The notes: generated by a model not told the origin, from the letters alone. Positions 28,310 through 38,267 are shown, counted from the stretch's first letter. The stretch: 64,000 nt of DNA from an uncultured Gemmatimonadales bacterium (GCA_963716255.1 OY970303.1:7680001-7744000); one strand, 5' to 3'. Program-made: numbers and translations.

Positions 28310-28436
28310 GGGATTACGGCCCGAAGGGGCGAGACCCGGCGGGGCTGTTTCCGCCGGGGCTCGACTCCGTAAGCCCGCGTTGTTTGCGGGCTTACGGAGC
28401 CGAAGCCCGACCCCGGCGCCAGCCGGGGACACGCCC
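28303..28436 (-). repeat. Repeat family A, copy 5
   Basis: Reverse-complement full copy; central stem as in copy 1; contains the stop of the upstream CDS. Confidence 0.95.
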
Positions 28437-28528
28437 GAACCCGCCGTCGCCGTCAGCCGTTCCTCCCCGATCTCTCCCCCCGAAAACAACTTGCCCCTCC
28501 CGAACGATCGTTCGAATGCATGCAGTAC

Positions 28529-28546
28529 GTTCAGTATTGACTAAAC
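28529..28546. promoter_or_regulatory. Putative GbsR/MarR operator (imperfect palindrome)
   Basis: gttcagtattgactaaac upstream of regulator 1; similar gttcagtggatgctgaac upstream of regulator 2. Confidence 0.5.
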
Positions 28547-28602
28547 GATCCTCACACGCTATCCTTCACCCCGAGGAAAAACACCATCCAGCACCCACGC
28601 AG

Positions 28603-29061
28603 ATGCCCGACGCAACCAACGCGTTCATCGAGACCATGGGCCGGCACTTCGAGGAGGAGGGCATCCCGCGCATCGCCGGGCGCCTCTTCGGGCTGCTGAT
28701 GGTGAACGAGGACCCCTGCTCGCTGGACGACATGGCGGACCGCCTGCAGGTGAGCAAGGGAAGCGTGAGCTCCAACTCGCGCATGCTGGAGCAGTGGGGC
28801 GTCGCCGAGCGCGTCACCCGGCCGGGGGACCGCCGCGACTACTACCACCTGGCCGACGACATGGAGTCGCGCATCCTGGAGCGCCAGATGGAGCACGTGG
28901 TGAGGATGCGCGGGCGCCTCCGCGAGGGGCTGGCGAGCATGCCGGACGCTTCGGAGGCGGTGCGCGAGCGGTTCCGCGCCGCGATCGCCTTCCAGGAGAA
29001 CACGCTGGAAGCGCTGGGCGAGGCGCTGGGCCGGGTCCGCGGCGGCACACAGGGCCGGTAG
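28603..29061 (+). CDS. GbsR/MarR-family transcriptional regulator
   Basis: GIPRIAGRLFGLL, SLDDMADRLQVSKGSVS, PGDRRDYY. Confidence 0.85.
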   Translation: MPDATNAFIETMGRHFEEEGIPRIAGRLFGLLMVNEDPCSLDDMADRLQVSKGSVSSNSRMLEQWGVAERVTRPGDRRDYYHLADDMESRILERQMEHVVRMRGRLREGLASMPDASEAVRERFRAAIAFQENTLEALGEALGRVRGGTQGR

Positions 29062-29106
29062 CGGCGGGACGCAGGGACGGGGCGGGAGGACGGGCGTGCG
29101 GACTTT

Positions 29107-29124
29107 GTTCAGTGGATGCTGAAC
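29107..29124. promoter_or_regulatory. Putative GbsR/MarR operator
   Basis: gttcag-tggatg-ctgaac inverted repeat, 25 bp before ATG. Confidence 0.5.
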
Positions 29125-29149
29125 GAACTGCACGCAGAACACGTAGCAG

Positions 29150-29638
29150 ATGACCAACCGGATGCAGGCGACGGACGAGCAGTTCGTGGAAAAGCTGGGC
29201 CGCTTCTTCGAGGCCGAGGGCGCGCCCCGCACCGCCGGGAGGCTGCTGGGGCTGATGCTCCTGACGCCCGGCGAGCTGGCGCTGGACGAGATCGCCGAGC
29301 GGCTGCAGGTGAGCAAGGCGAGCGTCAGCACCAACGCCCGCCAGATGGAGGTGAGCGGGGTGCTGGAGCGGGTCAGCCACCCGGGCGACCGGCGCGACTA
29401 CTACCGCATTCCCCACGACATCGCGGCGCGGCTGCTGGACCGGCACCTGGACCGGATCCGCCGGCTCAACCAGCTGCTGGAGGAGGGGGCGGCCACCGAG
29501 GCCGCCTCGGACGAGCGCATCGGGGAGCGCTTCCGCCGCCTGGAAAGCTTCCAGGCGTGCGCGGCCGGCGCGCTGGAGAGCGCGGTGCGCGGCATCGGCG
29601 CGGGGGCCGGCGCCGGGGAGGACGGCCATGTTTCCTGA
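29150..29638 (+). CDS. GbsR/MarR-family transcriptional regulator (paralog)
   Basis: GAPRTAGRLLGLM, LDEIAERLQVSKASVS, PGDRRDYY. Confidence 0.85.
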   Translation: MTNRMQATDEQFVEKLGRFFEAEGAPRTAGRLLGLMLLTPGELALDEIAERLQVSKASVSTNARQMEVSGVLERVSHPGDRRDYYRIPHDIAARLLDRHLDRIRRLNQLLEEGAATEAASDERIGERFRRLESFQACAAGALESAVRGIGAGAGAGEDGHVS

Positions 29639-29831
29639 TCCGAACCCCGCGGCAGGGCGCCGCCTCCTGCTGATGGTGGGCGCGCCGCCGCTGGGCCCCC
29701 TGCCGCAGCGCACGTCGCTGCGGAGCGCGCTCCGCAGCGGGCGCGACACGCTCGCGGCGCTCGCCTGGCCGGCGCCGCCGGCCGCTGACGACTACACGTT
29801 CGGGCGCGACTGCGCCCTGGAGGAAGGATGA
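29628..29831 (+). CDS. Small hypothetical protein (67 aa) coupled to efflux operon
   Basis: Overlaps upstream regulator end; ggagga before ATG; stop overlaps TolC start (ATGA). Confidence 0.45.
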   Translation: MFPDPNPAAGRRLLLMVGAPPLGPLPQRTSLRSALRSGRDTLAALAWPAPPAADDYTFGRDCALEEG

Positions 29832-31429
29832 GAAGATCGCTCGTGGCGGCGGCCGCGGCCCTGCTGGCCGCACCCGCCGCCGGGGTGTCGCAGACGCCCG
29901 TTCCGCCGCCGCCCGCGGCGGCCGCCCCGGCCGACAGCGCCGCCCTTTCGCTGGACGAGGCGGTGCGCCGGGCCATGGGGCAGAGCCAGGAGGTGCGATT
30001 GGCGCGCAGCGAGGTGCAGCTGGCGGACGCGCAGGTCGCCGCCACCCGCGCGCAGGCGCTGCCGCAGCTGGGCGCCAACCTGGGGTACACGCGGACCTTC
30101 GCTTCGGCGTTCAGCGGCGGGGGGACGATCACCATTCCCGATTCGCTGCGCTTCGAGCCGGACCCCACGCTGCCGCTGGAGCAGCGGGTCGCCTACCTGG
30201 AGGACCGCACCCCGACGGCGGGGCTGGGCGGGCTGGGGGCGCTCTTCGGCGACCTCCCCTTCGGGCAGGAGAACGCGTACACGGCCACCTTCAGCGGCTC
30301 GCAGCTGCTGTACTCGGGCGGGCGCACGGGGGCGGCGCTGAACATCGCCCGCAGCTACCGCGACGCGGCCCGGCTGGGGCTGGTGGAGGAGACGGCGGAG
30401 ATCGAGCTTCAGGTGCGCTCGGCGTACTACCGCGCGCTGCTGGCGCGGGAGCTGGAGGGGATCGCAGGGGCGGCGCTGGAGCAGGCGGAGGCCTTCCTGC
30501 GGCAGGAGCAGCTGCGGCAGCGCGCGGGGCGCGCTTCGGAGCTGGACGTGCTGCGCGCCGAGGTGGCGCGCGACAACCTGCGCCCGCAGGCGGTGCAGGC
30601 GCGCAACGCGGCCGAGCTGGCGACGCTGGACCTGAAGCGGCTGGTGGACCTGCCTCTGGGCGAGCCGGTGCGGCTCACCACGCCGCTGGCGCCGCCCTCG
30701 GCGGAGGTGTTGGCGCGGGTGGACCTCGCCCCGCCGGTGACCGTGGCGCAGCGCGCGGCGCTCGCCGCGGCGGAGCGGCAGGTGTCCATCCGCGCGCAGC
30801 AGGTCCGCATCGCCCGGGGGGCGTTCCTCCCCAGCGTCTCGGTGAACATGAACTACGGCAGGCAGCTCTTCCCCTCCAGCACCTTCGCGCTGAACGAGGA
30901 CTGGCGCACGGACTGGACGGCGGGGCTCACCGTCAACGTCCCCATCTTCAACGGCGGCCAGCGCACGGCCGAGCTGCAGACGGCGCGCGTGGAGCGCGAG
31001 CGGGCCGAGCTGCAGCTGTCGCAGCTGCGCGAGGCGGTGCAGCTGCAGGCGGAGCAGGCCCGCGGCGAGCGCGAGCGCGCCCGCACGGCCATCGCGGCGC
31101 GGGAGCGCACGGTGGCGGCGGCGCAGCGGGTGTACGACCTCACCACGCTGCGCTACAACCAGGGGCTGGCGACGCAGCTGGAGGTGTCGCAGTCGCGCCT
31201 GGAGCTGCTCCAGGCGCGCAGCAACCTGGCCCAGGCCATCGCCGACTTCTTCGTGGCGGACGCCGGGCTGGTCCGCGCCACCGGCATCGGCGGCACCGTG
31301 GACGTCGCGGCGCCCGCGGCGGATGCCGTGACGCCCGCGGTGCCGCGGCCCGCGGTCCCGCAGCCGGGGACGCCCCCGGCGAGCCCCACCCCCACCCCGG
31401 TGCCCGGCGCTCAGCCGGCGCAGCGCTGA
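29828..31429 (+). CDS. TolC-family outer membrane efflux protein
   Basis: Signal peptide; LSLDEAVRRA; two repeats (LPQL../FLPSVS..); VPIFNGG; YNQGLATQLEV. Confidence 0.9.
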   Translation: MRRSLVAAAAALLAAPAAGVSQTPVPPPPAAAAPADSAALSLDEAVRRAMGQSQEVRLARSEVQLADAQVAATRAQALPQLGANLGYTRTFASAFSGGGTITIPDSLRFEPDPTLPLEQRVAYLEDRTPTAGLGGLGALFGDLPFGQENAYTATFSGSQLLYSGGRTGAALNIARSYRDAARLGLVEETAEIELQVRSAYYRALLARELEGIAGAALEQAEAFLRQEQLRQRAGRASELDVLRAEVARDNLRPQAVQARNAAELATLDLKRLVDLPLGEPVRLTTPLAPPSAEVLARVDLAPPVTVAQRAALAAAERQVSIRAQQVRIARGAFLPSVSVNMNYGRQLFPSSTFALNEDWRTDWTAGLTVNVPIFNGGQRTAELQTARVERERAELQLSQLREAVQLQAEQARGERERARTAIAARERTVAAAQRVYDLTTLRYNQGLATQLEVSQSRLELLQARSNLAQAIADFFVADAGLVRATGIGGTVDVAAPAADAVTPAVPRPAVPQPGTPPASPTPTPVPGAQPAQR

Positions 31430-31454
31430 ACGACACCGACGGAGAGATCGATCG

Positions 31455-32597
31455 ATGATGACGCGATACAAGAGCGCAGCCCGCTCCGCAGGGCTGGCCG
31501 CGGCGGCCTCCCTGGTCCTGGCCGCGGCGGCGTGCGGGGGCGGGGAGGAGTCGGCGGCGGAGGCCAGGGAAACGCCGGCGGCCGTGCTCGGCGCGCAGGA
31601 CGTGGCCACCGCCGAGGTGTCCACGCTGAGCGGCGGGGTGGTCCTCACCGGCTCGCTGGAGCCGTACCGGGTGGTGGAGGTCAAGTCGCAGGTGCCGGGA
31701 GTGGTCACCGGGATCGCCGTGGACCGCGGCGACGCGGTGCGGCAGGGGCAGCTCCTGGCGCGCATCGAGGCGGAGGGAATCCGCAGCCAGGCGGCCGGCG
31801 CCGCCTCCGGCGTGGCCGGGGCGCAGGCGCAGCTCGCCTACGCGCGGCGGCAGATGGAGTCGGCGCGCACGCTGTACGAGCAGGGCGCCATGTCCGAGAT
31901 CGACTTCCGCGGGGCGCAGGCGCAGTTCGAGGCGGCGCAGGCGCAGGTCGCCGCGGCGCGGGCGCAGGCCACCGGCGCGGCCGAGCAGGCCAGCCGCACC
32001 GCGGTGGTCGCGCCGGTCACCGGCGAGGTGAGCGCCCGCACGGTGCAGCCCGGCGAGGCCGTCACCTCGGGGACCACGCTCTTCACCGTGGTCAACTCGC
32101 GCATCCTGGAGCTGCGCGGGCAGGTGCCGGTGGACCAGGCCGCGCAGGTGCGGACAGGGCAGCCGGTGGTGTTCACCCTGGACGCGTACCCCGGGCGCGA
32201 GTTCCGCGGCACCGTGTCGCGGGTGGACCCCGTGGCGGACCCCGCCACGCGGCAGGTGGGTGTGGCCATGCAGCTGGCCAACGACGACCGCACGCTCATC
32301 GGCGGGCTCTTCGCGACGGGGCAGGTGCTCACCGGGGCGCAGCGGCAGGTGGTCACCGTCCCCGCGGCGGCGGTGCGGGGGACGGGGGCGAACACCTTCG
32401 TCCTGGTGGTGGACGGGGGCGCGGTGAAGCGCCGCCCCGTACGCGCCGGCGAGCGCGACGCGTCGACCGGCGCGGTGGCGGTGCTCTCGGGGCTGAACGG
32501 AGGCGAGAAGGTGATCGTGTCCCCGGGCGAGGTGGCCGAGGGGACGCCGGTCCGCCTGCAGGCGCAGGCGGCGGACAGCGCGGGCGCGAGGAGGTAG
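31455..32597 (+). CDS. RND efflux membrane fusion protein (lipoprotein)
   Basis: Lipobox AAAC; VDRGDAVRQGQLLARI; APVTGEV; DPATR; VPAAAV. Confidence 0.9.
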   Translation: MMTRYKSAARSAGLAAAASLVLAAAACGGGEESAAEARETPAAVLGAQDVATAEVSTLSGGVVLTGSLEPYRVVEVKSQVPGVVTGIAVDRGDAVRQGQLLARIEAEGIRSQAAGAASGVAGAQAQLAYARRQMESARTLYEQGAMSEIDFRGAQAQFEAAQAQVAAARAQATGAAEQASRTAVVAPVTGEVSARTVQPGEAVTSGTTLFTVVNSRILELRGQVPVDQAAQVRTGQPVVFTLDAYPGREFRGTVSRVDPVADPATRQVGVAMQLANDDRTLIGGLFATGQVLTGAQRQVVTVPAAAVRGTGANTFVLVVDGGAVKRRPVRAGERDASTGAVAVLSGLNGGEKVIVSPGEVAEGTPVRLQAQAADSAGARR

Positions 32598-32598
32598 C

Positions 32599-35500
32599 AT
32601 GGCGAGCGACAATCAGGACGGGTCCAGGCACGACCTGGACGCGCAGCAGGAAGAGCGCGCCCTGCAGGGCGGCGGGCTGAGCGGGGTCGCGATCCGCCGC
32701 CCGGTGTTCACCACCATGGTGATGCTGGGGCTGATCGTGCTGGGGATCTTCGGCTTCCGGCGGCTGGCGATCGACCAGTTCCCGGACGTGGACATCCCCG
32801 TGGTGACGGTGCAGACCGTCTACCCCGGCGCCTCGCCGGAAACCATCGAGCGCGAGGTGACGCGGCGGCTGGAAGAGTCCTTCAACACCGTGGAGGGAGT
32901 GGACCGGATCACCTCCACCACGCTGGAGGGCGTGTCGCTGGTGGTGGTGGAGTTCGACCTGGGACGCGACACCGACCAGGCGTCGCAGGACATCCGCGCC
33001 AAGATCGACGCCGTGCGGCGCGAGCTGCCCACGGACATCGAGGCGCCGGTGGTGCAGAAGTTCGACCCGGCGGCGCAGCCCATCGTGTCGCTGGCGCTGT
33101 CGTCCAGGACGCTGGCGGTCCCCGAGCTGACCACGCTCGCCGACGAGACGGTGCGCCGCAAGCTGGAGGCGGTCTCCGGGGTGGGGCAGGTGCAGGTGGC
33201 CGGCGGGCTGGAGCGTGAGATCCGCGTCTTCATCCAGCCGGAGCGCATGCAGTCGCTGGGCGTGTCCGCGCAGGAGGTGATGGGCGCGCTGCAGCGGCAG
33301 AACCTGGAGGTCCCGGCGGGGCGCGTGGAGCGCGGCGCCGGCGAGCAGCTGGTGCGCGTGGTGGGCCGCATCACCGACCCGGCGCAGTTCGCCCAGGTGA
33401 TCGTCGCCACGCGCGGCGGGCAGCCGGTGCGGCTGGGGCAGGTGGCGCGGGTGGAGGACGCCACCGAGGAGGAGCGCTCGCTCGCCTTCGTCAGCGGGCA
33501 GCGGGCGGTGTCGCTGGACGTGCTCAAGGTGTCCGGCGCCAACACCGTGCAGGTGGCGGACGAGGTCAAGGAGGCGCTGGCGGAGCTCAAGGCAACGCTT
33601 CCCGCGGGCGCGCAGGTCATGGTGGTGCGCGACAACTCGGAGATGATCCGCCACTCGGTGGAGGACGTGATCTTCGAGCTGATCCTGGGCGCGCTGCTCA
33701 CCGTGGTGGTGGTGATGCTCTTCCTGAACGACTGGAAGGCGACCGCCATCACCTCGCTGGCGCTCCCGGTGTCGGTGATCTCGTCGTTCGTGCTGATGAG
33801 CGCGCTGGGCTTCACGCTCAACGTGCTGACGCTGATGGGGCTGTCGCTGTCCATCGGCATCCTCATCGACGACGCCATCGTGGTGATCGAGAACATCGTC
33901 CGCCACCGCGAGATGGGCGAGGACCACTTCACCGCGGCGAACCACGGCACCACCGAGATCTTTCTGGCGGTGATGGCGACGACGCTGGCGATCGTGGCGG
34001 TGTTCGTCCCCGTGGCCTTCATGGGCGGCATCATCGGCCGCTTCTTCTACCAGTTCGGCATGACGGTGGCGTTCGCGGTGCTGGTGTCGCTGTTCGTGTC
34101 CTTCACCCTCACCCCCATGCTCTCGGCGTGGTGGGGGGTGGACCCGCACGACCCGTCGCACGGCGGCGGCAACCCGCTCACCCGCGGCATCGCCGGCTTC
34201 AACCGCTGGTTCGACCGGCAGGCGGACCGCTACCGCGGCATCATCCAGTGGGCGCTGGGGCACCGCAAGAGCACGCTGGGGCTGGCGCTCGCCTCGCTGA
34301 TCGGGGCGTTCATGCTGTTCCCGCTCATCGGCGGCGGGTTCATGCCCGAGCAGGACGAGGGCGCCTTCGCGGTGACCTTCGAGACGCCCGAGGGCTCCAG
34401 CCTGGGCTACACCCGCGGCAAGGCCGAGCAGATCGACGCGGCGCTGCGGCAGGTTCCCGGGGTGGAGTTCACCTACACCACCGTGGGCGCCGGCGTCACC
34501 GGCACGGTGACCGCGGGGAACGTGTACGTGGACCTGGTTCCCGTCGCCGAGCGGGAGCGCTCGCAGACGGAAACCATGGAGCTGGCGCGCGCAAAGCTGG
34601 CGCCGATCTTCGGGGTGCGCAGCTCGGTGCTGGTGGCCGGCGGGCTGGGCGGCCCGCAGAAGCCGCTTCAGGTGAACCTGCGCGGGCCGGACGTGGCGGA
34701 GCTGCAGCGCCTCTCGGCGCAGGTGGCGGCCGCGGTGGCGAAGGTGCCCGGCGTGGTGGACGTGGAAACGTCGCTGGGCGAGCCGCGCCCGGAGTACCGC
34801 ATCGCGGTGAACCGCGACCTGGCCAACGAGCTTGGGCTGGACATCGGCCAGGTGTCGGCCACGGTGCGCCCACTCCTGGCGGGGCAGACGGCCACCACCT
34901 GGGAGGACCCCACGGGCGAGGAGCGCGACGTGGTGGTGCAGGTGGCCCCGGAGCAGCGCACCAGCCTGCAGAGCCTGACCTCGCTCCCCATCGCCACCTC
35001 CACCCGCTCGGAGGCGGGGGTGGGGGGGACGGTGCCGCTGGGGCAGATCGCGCGCATCGAGGAGGGCGTGGCCCCCGCGCAGATCGAGCGGCAGAACCTG
35101 GAGCGCGTCGCCACGGTGGCGGCCAGCAACACGGCCGAGACCTCGGTGGGCGAGGCGTCCACCGCCATCCGCGAGGCCATCGCGGGGGTGAAGATGCCGG
35201 CCGGCTACAGCGTGACGCTGGGCGGCGAGACGGAGCAGCTGGAGGAGACCATGGGCTACGTGCTGGAGTCCATCCTCCTGGCCATCATCCTCATCTTCCT
35301 GATCCTGGCCAGCCAGTTCGAGAGCTTCACGCAGCCGTTCGCCATCATGCTGTCGCTCCCGCTGTCGCTGATCGGCGTGCTGCTGGCGCTGCTGCTGACC
35401 GACGACACGCTCAACATGATGAGCATGATCGGGGTCATCATGCTGATGGGGCTGGTGACCAAGAACGCGATCCTGCTGGTGGACAACGCCAACGAGCGGC

Positions 35501-35841
35501 GCTCGCTGGGCGCCGACCGCTGGACGGCGCTGGTGGAGGCCGGGCGGGTCCGCCTGCGCCCCATCATCATGACCACGGCGGCGATGATCTTCGGCATGCT
35601 CCCCATCGCCATCGGCATGGGCGAGGGTGGAGGGTTCCGCGCCCCCATGGCGCGGGCGGTGATCGGCGGGCTGATCACCTCCACGCTGCTGACGCTGATC
35701 GTGGTGCCGGTGGCCTACACCTACTTCGACGACTTCGGCGCCTGGGTGAAGCGGAAGCTGGTTAGCCGCGGGCGCGAGGAGGAGATCGAGAGGGAGCGCA
35801 AGGTTGCCGGGCTCAAGCCGGAGCCCGTCTGGGGCGACTGA
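32599..35841 (+). CDS. RND efflux permease (AcrB/MdtC-like)
   Basis: IRRPV, FPDVDIP, YPGASPE, GILIDDAIVVIENI, KNAILLVD, RLRPIIMT. Confidence 0.95.
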   Translation: MASDNQDGSRHDLDAQQEERALQGGGLSGVAIRRPVFTTMVMLGLIVLGIFGFRRLAIDQFPDVDIPVVTVQTVYPGASPETIEREVTRRLEESFNTVEGVDRITSTTLEGVSLVVVEFDLGRDTDQASQDIRAKIDAVRRELPTDIEAPVVQKFDPAAQPIVSLALSSRTLAVPELTTLADETVRRKLEAVSGVGQVQVAGGLEREIRVFIQPERMQSLGVSAQEVMGALQRQNLEVPAGRVERGAGEQLVRVVGRITDPAQFAQVIVATRGGQPVRLGQVARVEDATEEERSLAFVSGQRAVSLDVLKVSGANTVQVADEVKEALAELKATLPAGAQVMVVRDNSEMIRHSVEDVIFELILGALLTVVVVMLFLNDWKATAITSLALPVSVISSFVLMSALGFTLNVLTLMGLSLSIGILIDDAIVVIENIVRHREMGEDHFTAANHGTTEIFLAVMATTLAIVAVFVPVAFMGGIIGRFFYQFGMTVAFAVLVSLFVSFTLTPMLSAWWGVDPHDPSHGGGNPLTRGIAGFNRWFDRQADRYRGIIQWALGHRKSTLGLALASLIGAFMLFPLIGGGFMPEQDEGAFAVTFETPEGSSLGYTRGKAEQIDAALRQVPGVEFTYTTVGAGVTGTVTAGNVYVDLVPVAERERSQTETMELARAKLAPIFGVRSSVLVAGGLGGPQKPLQVNLRGPDVAELQRLSAQVAAAVAKVPGVVDVETSLGEPRPEYRIAVNRDLANELGLDIGQVSATVRPLLAGQTATTWEDPTGEERDVVVQVAPEQRTSLQSLTSLPIATSTRSEAGVGGTVPLGQIARIEEGVAPAQIERQNLERVATVAASNTAETSVGEASTAIREAIAGVKMPAGYSVTLGGETEQLEETMGYVLESILLAIILIFLILASQFESFTQPFAIMLSLPLSLIGVLLALLLTDDTLNMMSMIGVIMLMGLVTKNAILLVDNANERRSLGADRWTALVEAGRVRLRPIIMTTAAMIFGMLPIAIGMGEGGGFRAPMARAVIGGLITSTLLTLIVVPVAYTYFDDFGAWVKRKLVSRGREEEIERERKVAGLKPEPVWGD

Positions 35842-35928
35842 GCCGGACGGCCGGTTGGGATGGTGGGCGAGGGGCCGGTGCCGCGGGAGCGGCGCCGGCC
35901 CCTCGGCCGTTCAGGGCCGGCGACACCA

Positions 35929-35990
35929 ACTACGGGCAAACCCGTTGACAACGGTCCGGCCGCGGATTAATCTACGGGCAGACCCGTAGA
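35929..35990 (+). promoter_or_regulatory. Sigma70-like promoter overlapped by two inverted-repeat operators of the BlaI-family repressor
   Basis: TTGACA(35945)-N17-TAATCT(35968); operators actacggg-caaa-cccgttga and tctacggg-caga-cccgtaga; RBS aaggag. Confidence 0.75.
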
Positions 35991-36003
35991 AAGGAGACGC
36001 CGG

Positions 36004-36390
36004 ATGTCCGACGAGACCCGCCTCACCGACCGCGAGCTGGACGCCATGAGCATCCTCTGGCTCCACGGCTCGGGCACCGTCGCCGAGGTGCGCGAGCGCC
36101 TGACCGACGAGCTGGCGTACACCACCGTGCTGTGGGTCATGCAGACGCTGGAGGAGAAAGGGTTCGTGCGCCACGAAAAGGAGGGGCGCGCCTTCCGCTA
36201 CTACCCCACCGTCCAGCAGGAGGAAGCGGGCGCGAGCGCGCTGGACCGCATCGTGGACAAGGTGTTCCACGGCTCCGCCGCGATGCTCCTGGCGCAGCTG
36301 GTCGGCGAGCGGAAGCTGCCGGCCGCGGAGCTGGAGCGCATGCGCGACCTGCTGGACCGCCGCCTGGCGGAGGAGGAGGAGGGCGCATGA
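36004..36390 (+). CDS. BlaI/MecI/CopY-family repressor
   Basis: LTDRELDAMSILW, LAYTTV, LEEKGFV, GRAFRYYP, FHGS. Confidence 0.92.
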   Translation: MSDETRLTDRELDAMSILWLHGSGTVAEVRERLTDELAYTTVLWVMQTLEEKGFVRHEKEGRAFRYYPTVQQEEAGASALDRIVDKVFHGSAAMLLAQLVGERKLPAAELERMRDLLDRRLAEEEEGA

Positions 36391-37235
36391 GCGCGGCATG
36401 GATGCTCCAGGCGCTCCTGGCCGGAGCGCTGCTGGGCCTCGGCGCGCTCGCGGCGGAACGGGTGGCGGGGTGGCTCGGCCTGCCGCGGCGCCCGGTCTGG
36501 GCCGCGGCCATGCTGGGCTCGCTCCTGCTGCCGGCGCTTTCCCTGTGGGCCCCCGGGCTCCTCCCCGATCCCGGGATCTTCCCGGCCGCGACGCCCCCGG
36601 CCCCCGCGTTCGATGCCGGCCTTCTGCCGGTCGCCGCAGCCGGCTCGACTCCGGCCGGCGCAGCCGCGACGGTCGCTGCCGCGGCGTGGTGGACCGACCC
36701 GGCCGTCCTGCTCGGGCTGGGGTGGGCCGCGGCCTCGCTCGCGATGCTCGGCGTCGTGGCCTGGACGTACCGGCGGCTGCGGAGAGTGAGCGCGGCAGGG
36801 GCTCGCGTCGACCTCGACGGCGGCGAGGTGCGCGTCACGGAGCGTGTCGGGCCGGCGGTGGTCGGCCTCCTCCACCCCGCCGTCGTCGTCCCCCGCTGGG
36901 TCGTGGACGCGCCCGCGGAGGAGCGGCGCCTGGTCCTGCTGCACGAGCGCGAGCACGTCGCCGCGGGCGACGCGTGGCTGCTCTTCTGGGGCACGCTGGC
37001 GGCCGCGGCGATGCCGTGGAGCGTGCCGCTGTGGTGGCAGCACCGCCGCCTGCGCGCGGCGGTGGAGGCCGACTGCGACGCGCGGGTCCTCGCCCGCGGC
37101 GTGAGCCGGCGCGACTACGGGCAGGTCCTCATCCGCACCGCGGGCGCCGCCCCCGGGCTCCCCGTCCTGGGTCCCGCCTGGGGCGACACCACTTCACAAC
37201 TGGAACGGAGGATCAACGGAGGATCATCGCCATGA
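36387..37235 (+). pseudogene. BlaR1-like M56 peptidase, N-terminal part (frameshifted by an 11-bp duplication)
   Basis: TM segments, GPAVVG, HEREH, EADCDARV, LERRI; then aacggaggatc x2 (37204-37225) shifts frame. Confidence 0.8.
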
Positions 37236-38212
37236 CCGCGAAGCGCCCGTCGCATCCCCTGCTGCGCTCCGTCCCCCTGCTCGCGCTCGCGGCCGCCGTG
37301 GCGACCGCGGCCTGCGACGTGGCCGCCGGCGCGGAGGCCGAAGCCACGCTCACCGCCGAGCCCGCCTCCCTGCGCGTCGCGATGGAGGCCACCATCGGCG
37401 CCGCCGGAGCGGAGCCGGCCGCCGACACGCTGCCGCCCCTGCGGGCCCTTCCGCCCCTGCCGCCGCCGGCCCCGGTTGCACCCATGCCGCCGCTCCCCGC
37501 GGACGCACCGGACGCCCCGGAGGTCGTGGCCCCGCTGGCGCCTCTGCCTGCGTCGGCCCCGCCGGCGCTCACGGCCGCCTCGGCCCCGCCCGCCCCGCCT
37601 CCGCCGGCTCGCTTCATCCGGCCCACCCTCGTGGCTCCGCGGGCTCGTTCCATTCCGCCCGGTCCCGCGGCTCCGTCGGCTCGCTCCGTTCCGCCGGTCC
37701 TGGTGACTGCGCGCGCTCCCCGACCCCTGCCGGGCCGCGCGCCGGCGCCCACTCCTGGCCCCGCGCCCGCTCCGGTCCCCGCACCCGCGCCCGCTCCCGC
37801 GGCTTCCCCGGCCGCGCGGACCCGGGCGGCCGCACCGCTCATGGTCACGGACACCCTTCCCGCGTCCGGGTCCAGCAGGACGACGACGGTCGCGCGTACG
37901 ACCGGGCCGCGGCCGACGGCGAGCCTCGGCTGGGCTCCGCGGATGCCCCTGGCGGTGTCCGAGGCGTCGGGCCGGCTCCGTATGGTCGACTACCCGGTGG
38001 TGGCGGAATTGAAGCGCGGCGGCGGTGCGTGGCGGGCCGGGGTCCGCGACGGGGACGAGGTCCTCGCCGTGAACGGGCTGGACGCGCGGGAGCTGCCGGC
38101 CATCGCGGGCCTCGGCCGGCGGGAGCCCGGCACCCGGTACACCGTCCGCGTCCGCCGGGACGGCGTGGCGCGCGACCTCACCGCCGAGCTGGACCCGCCG
38201 CGCTCGCGCTGA
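37232..38212 (+). CDS. C-terminal part of the BlaR1-like gene: signal/TM with Cys, Pro-rich linker, PDZ-like domain
   Basis: In frame with the N-part if the duplication is removed (LERRIIAMTAKRP); AVATAAC; AGVRDGDEVLAVNG; ATG overlaps upstream TGA. Confidence 0.65.
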   Translation: MTAKRPSHPLLRSVPLLALAAAVATAACDVAAGAEAEATLTAEPASLRVAMEATIGAAGAEPAADTLPPLRALPPLPPPAPVAPMPPLPADAPDAPEVVAPLAPLPASAPPALTAASAPPAPPPPARFIRPTLVAPRARSIPPGPAAPSARSVPPVLVTARAPRPLPGRAPAPTPGPAPAPVPAPAPAPAASPAARTRAAAPLMVTDTLPASGSSRTTTVARTTGPRPTASLGWAPRMPLAVSEASGRLRMVDYPVVAELKRGGGAWRAGVRDGDEVLAVNGLDARELPAIAGLGRREPGTRYTVRVRRDGVARDLTAELDPPRSR

Positions 38213-38267
38213 CCGGACCCGTTCCGGCAGGGCAGGGAATGGGAAAGCACGGGGAGGCGCGGGGAAA

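Noticed and set aside
37420..37830. Pro/Ala-rich low-complexity stretch as a DNA tandem repeat
   Set aside because: Codons vary; it is a protein-level linker of the BlaR1-like C-terminal part.
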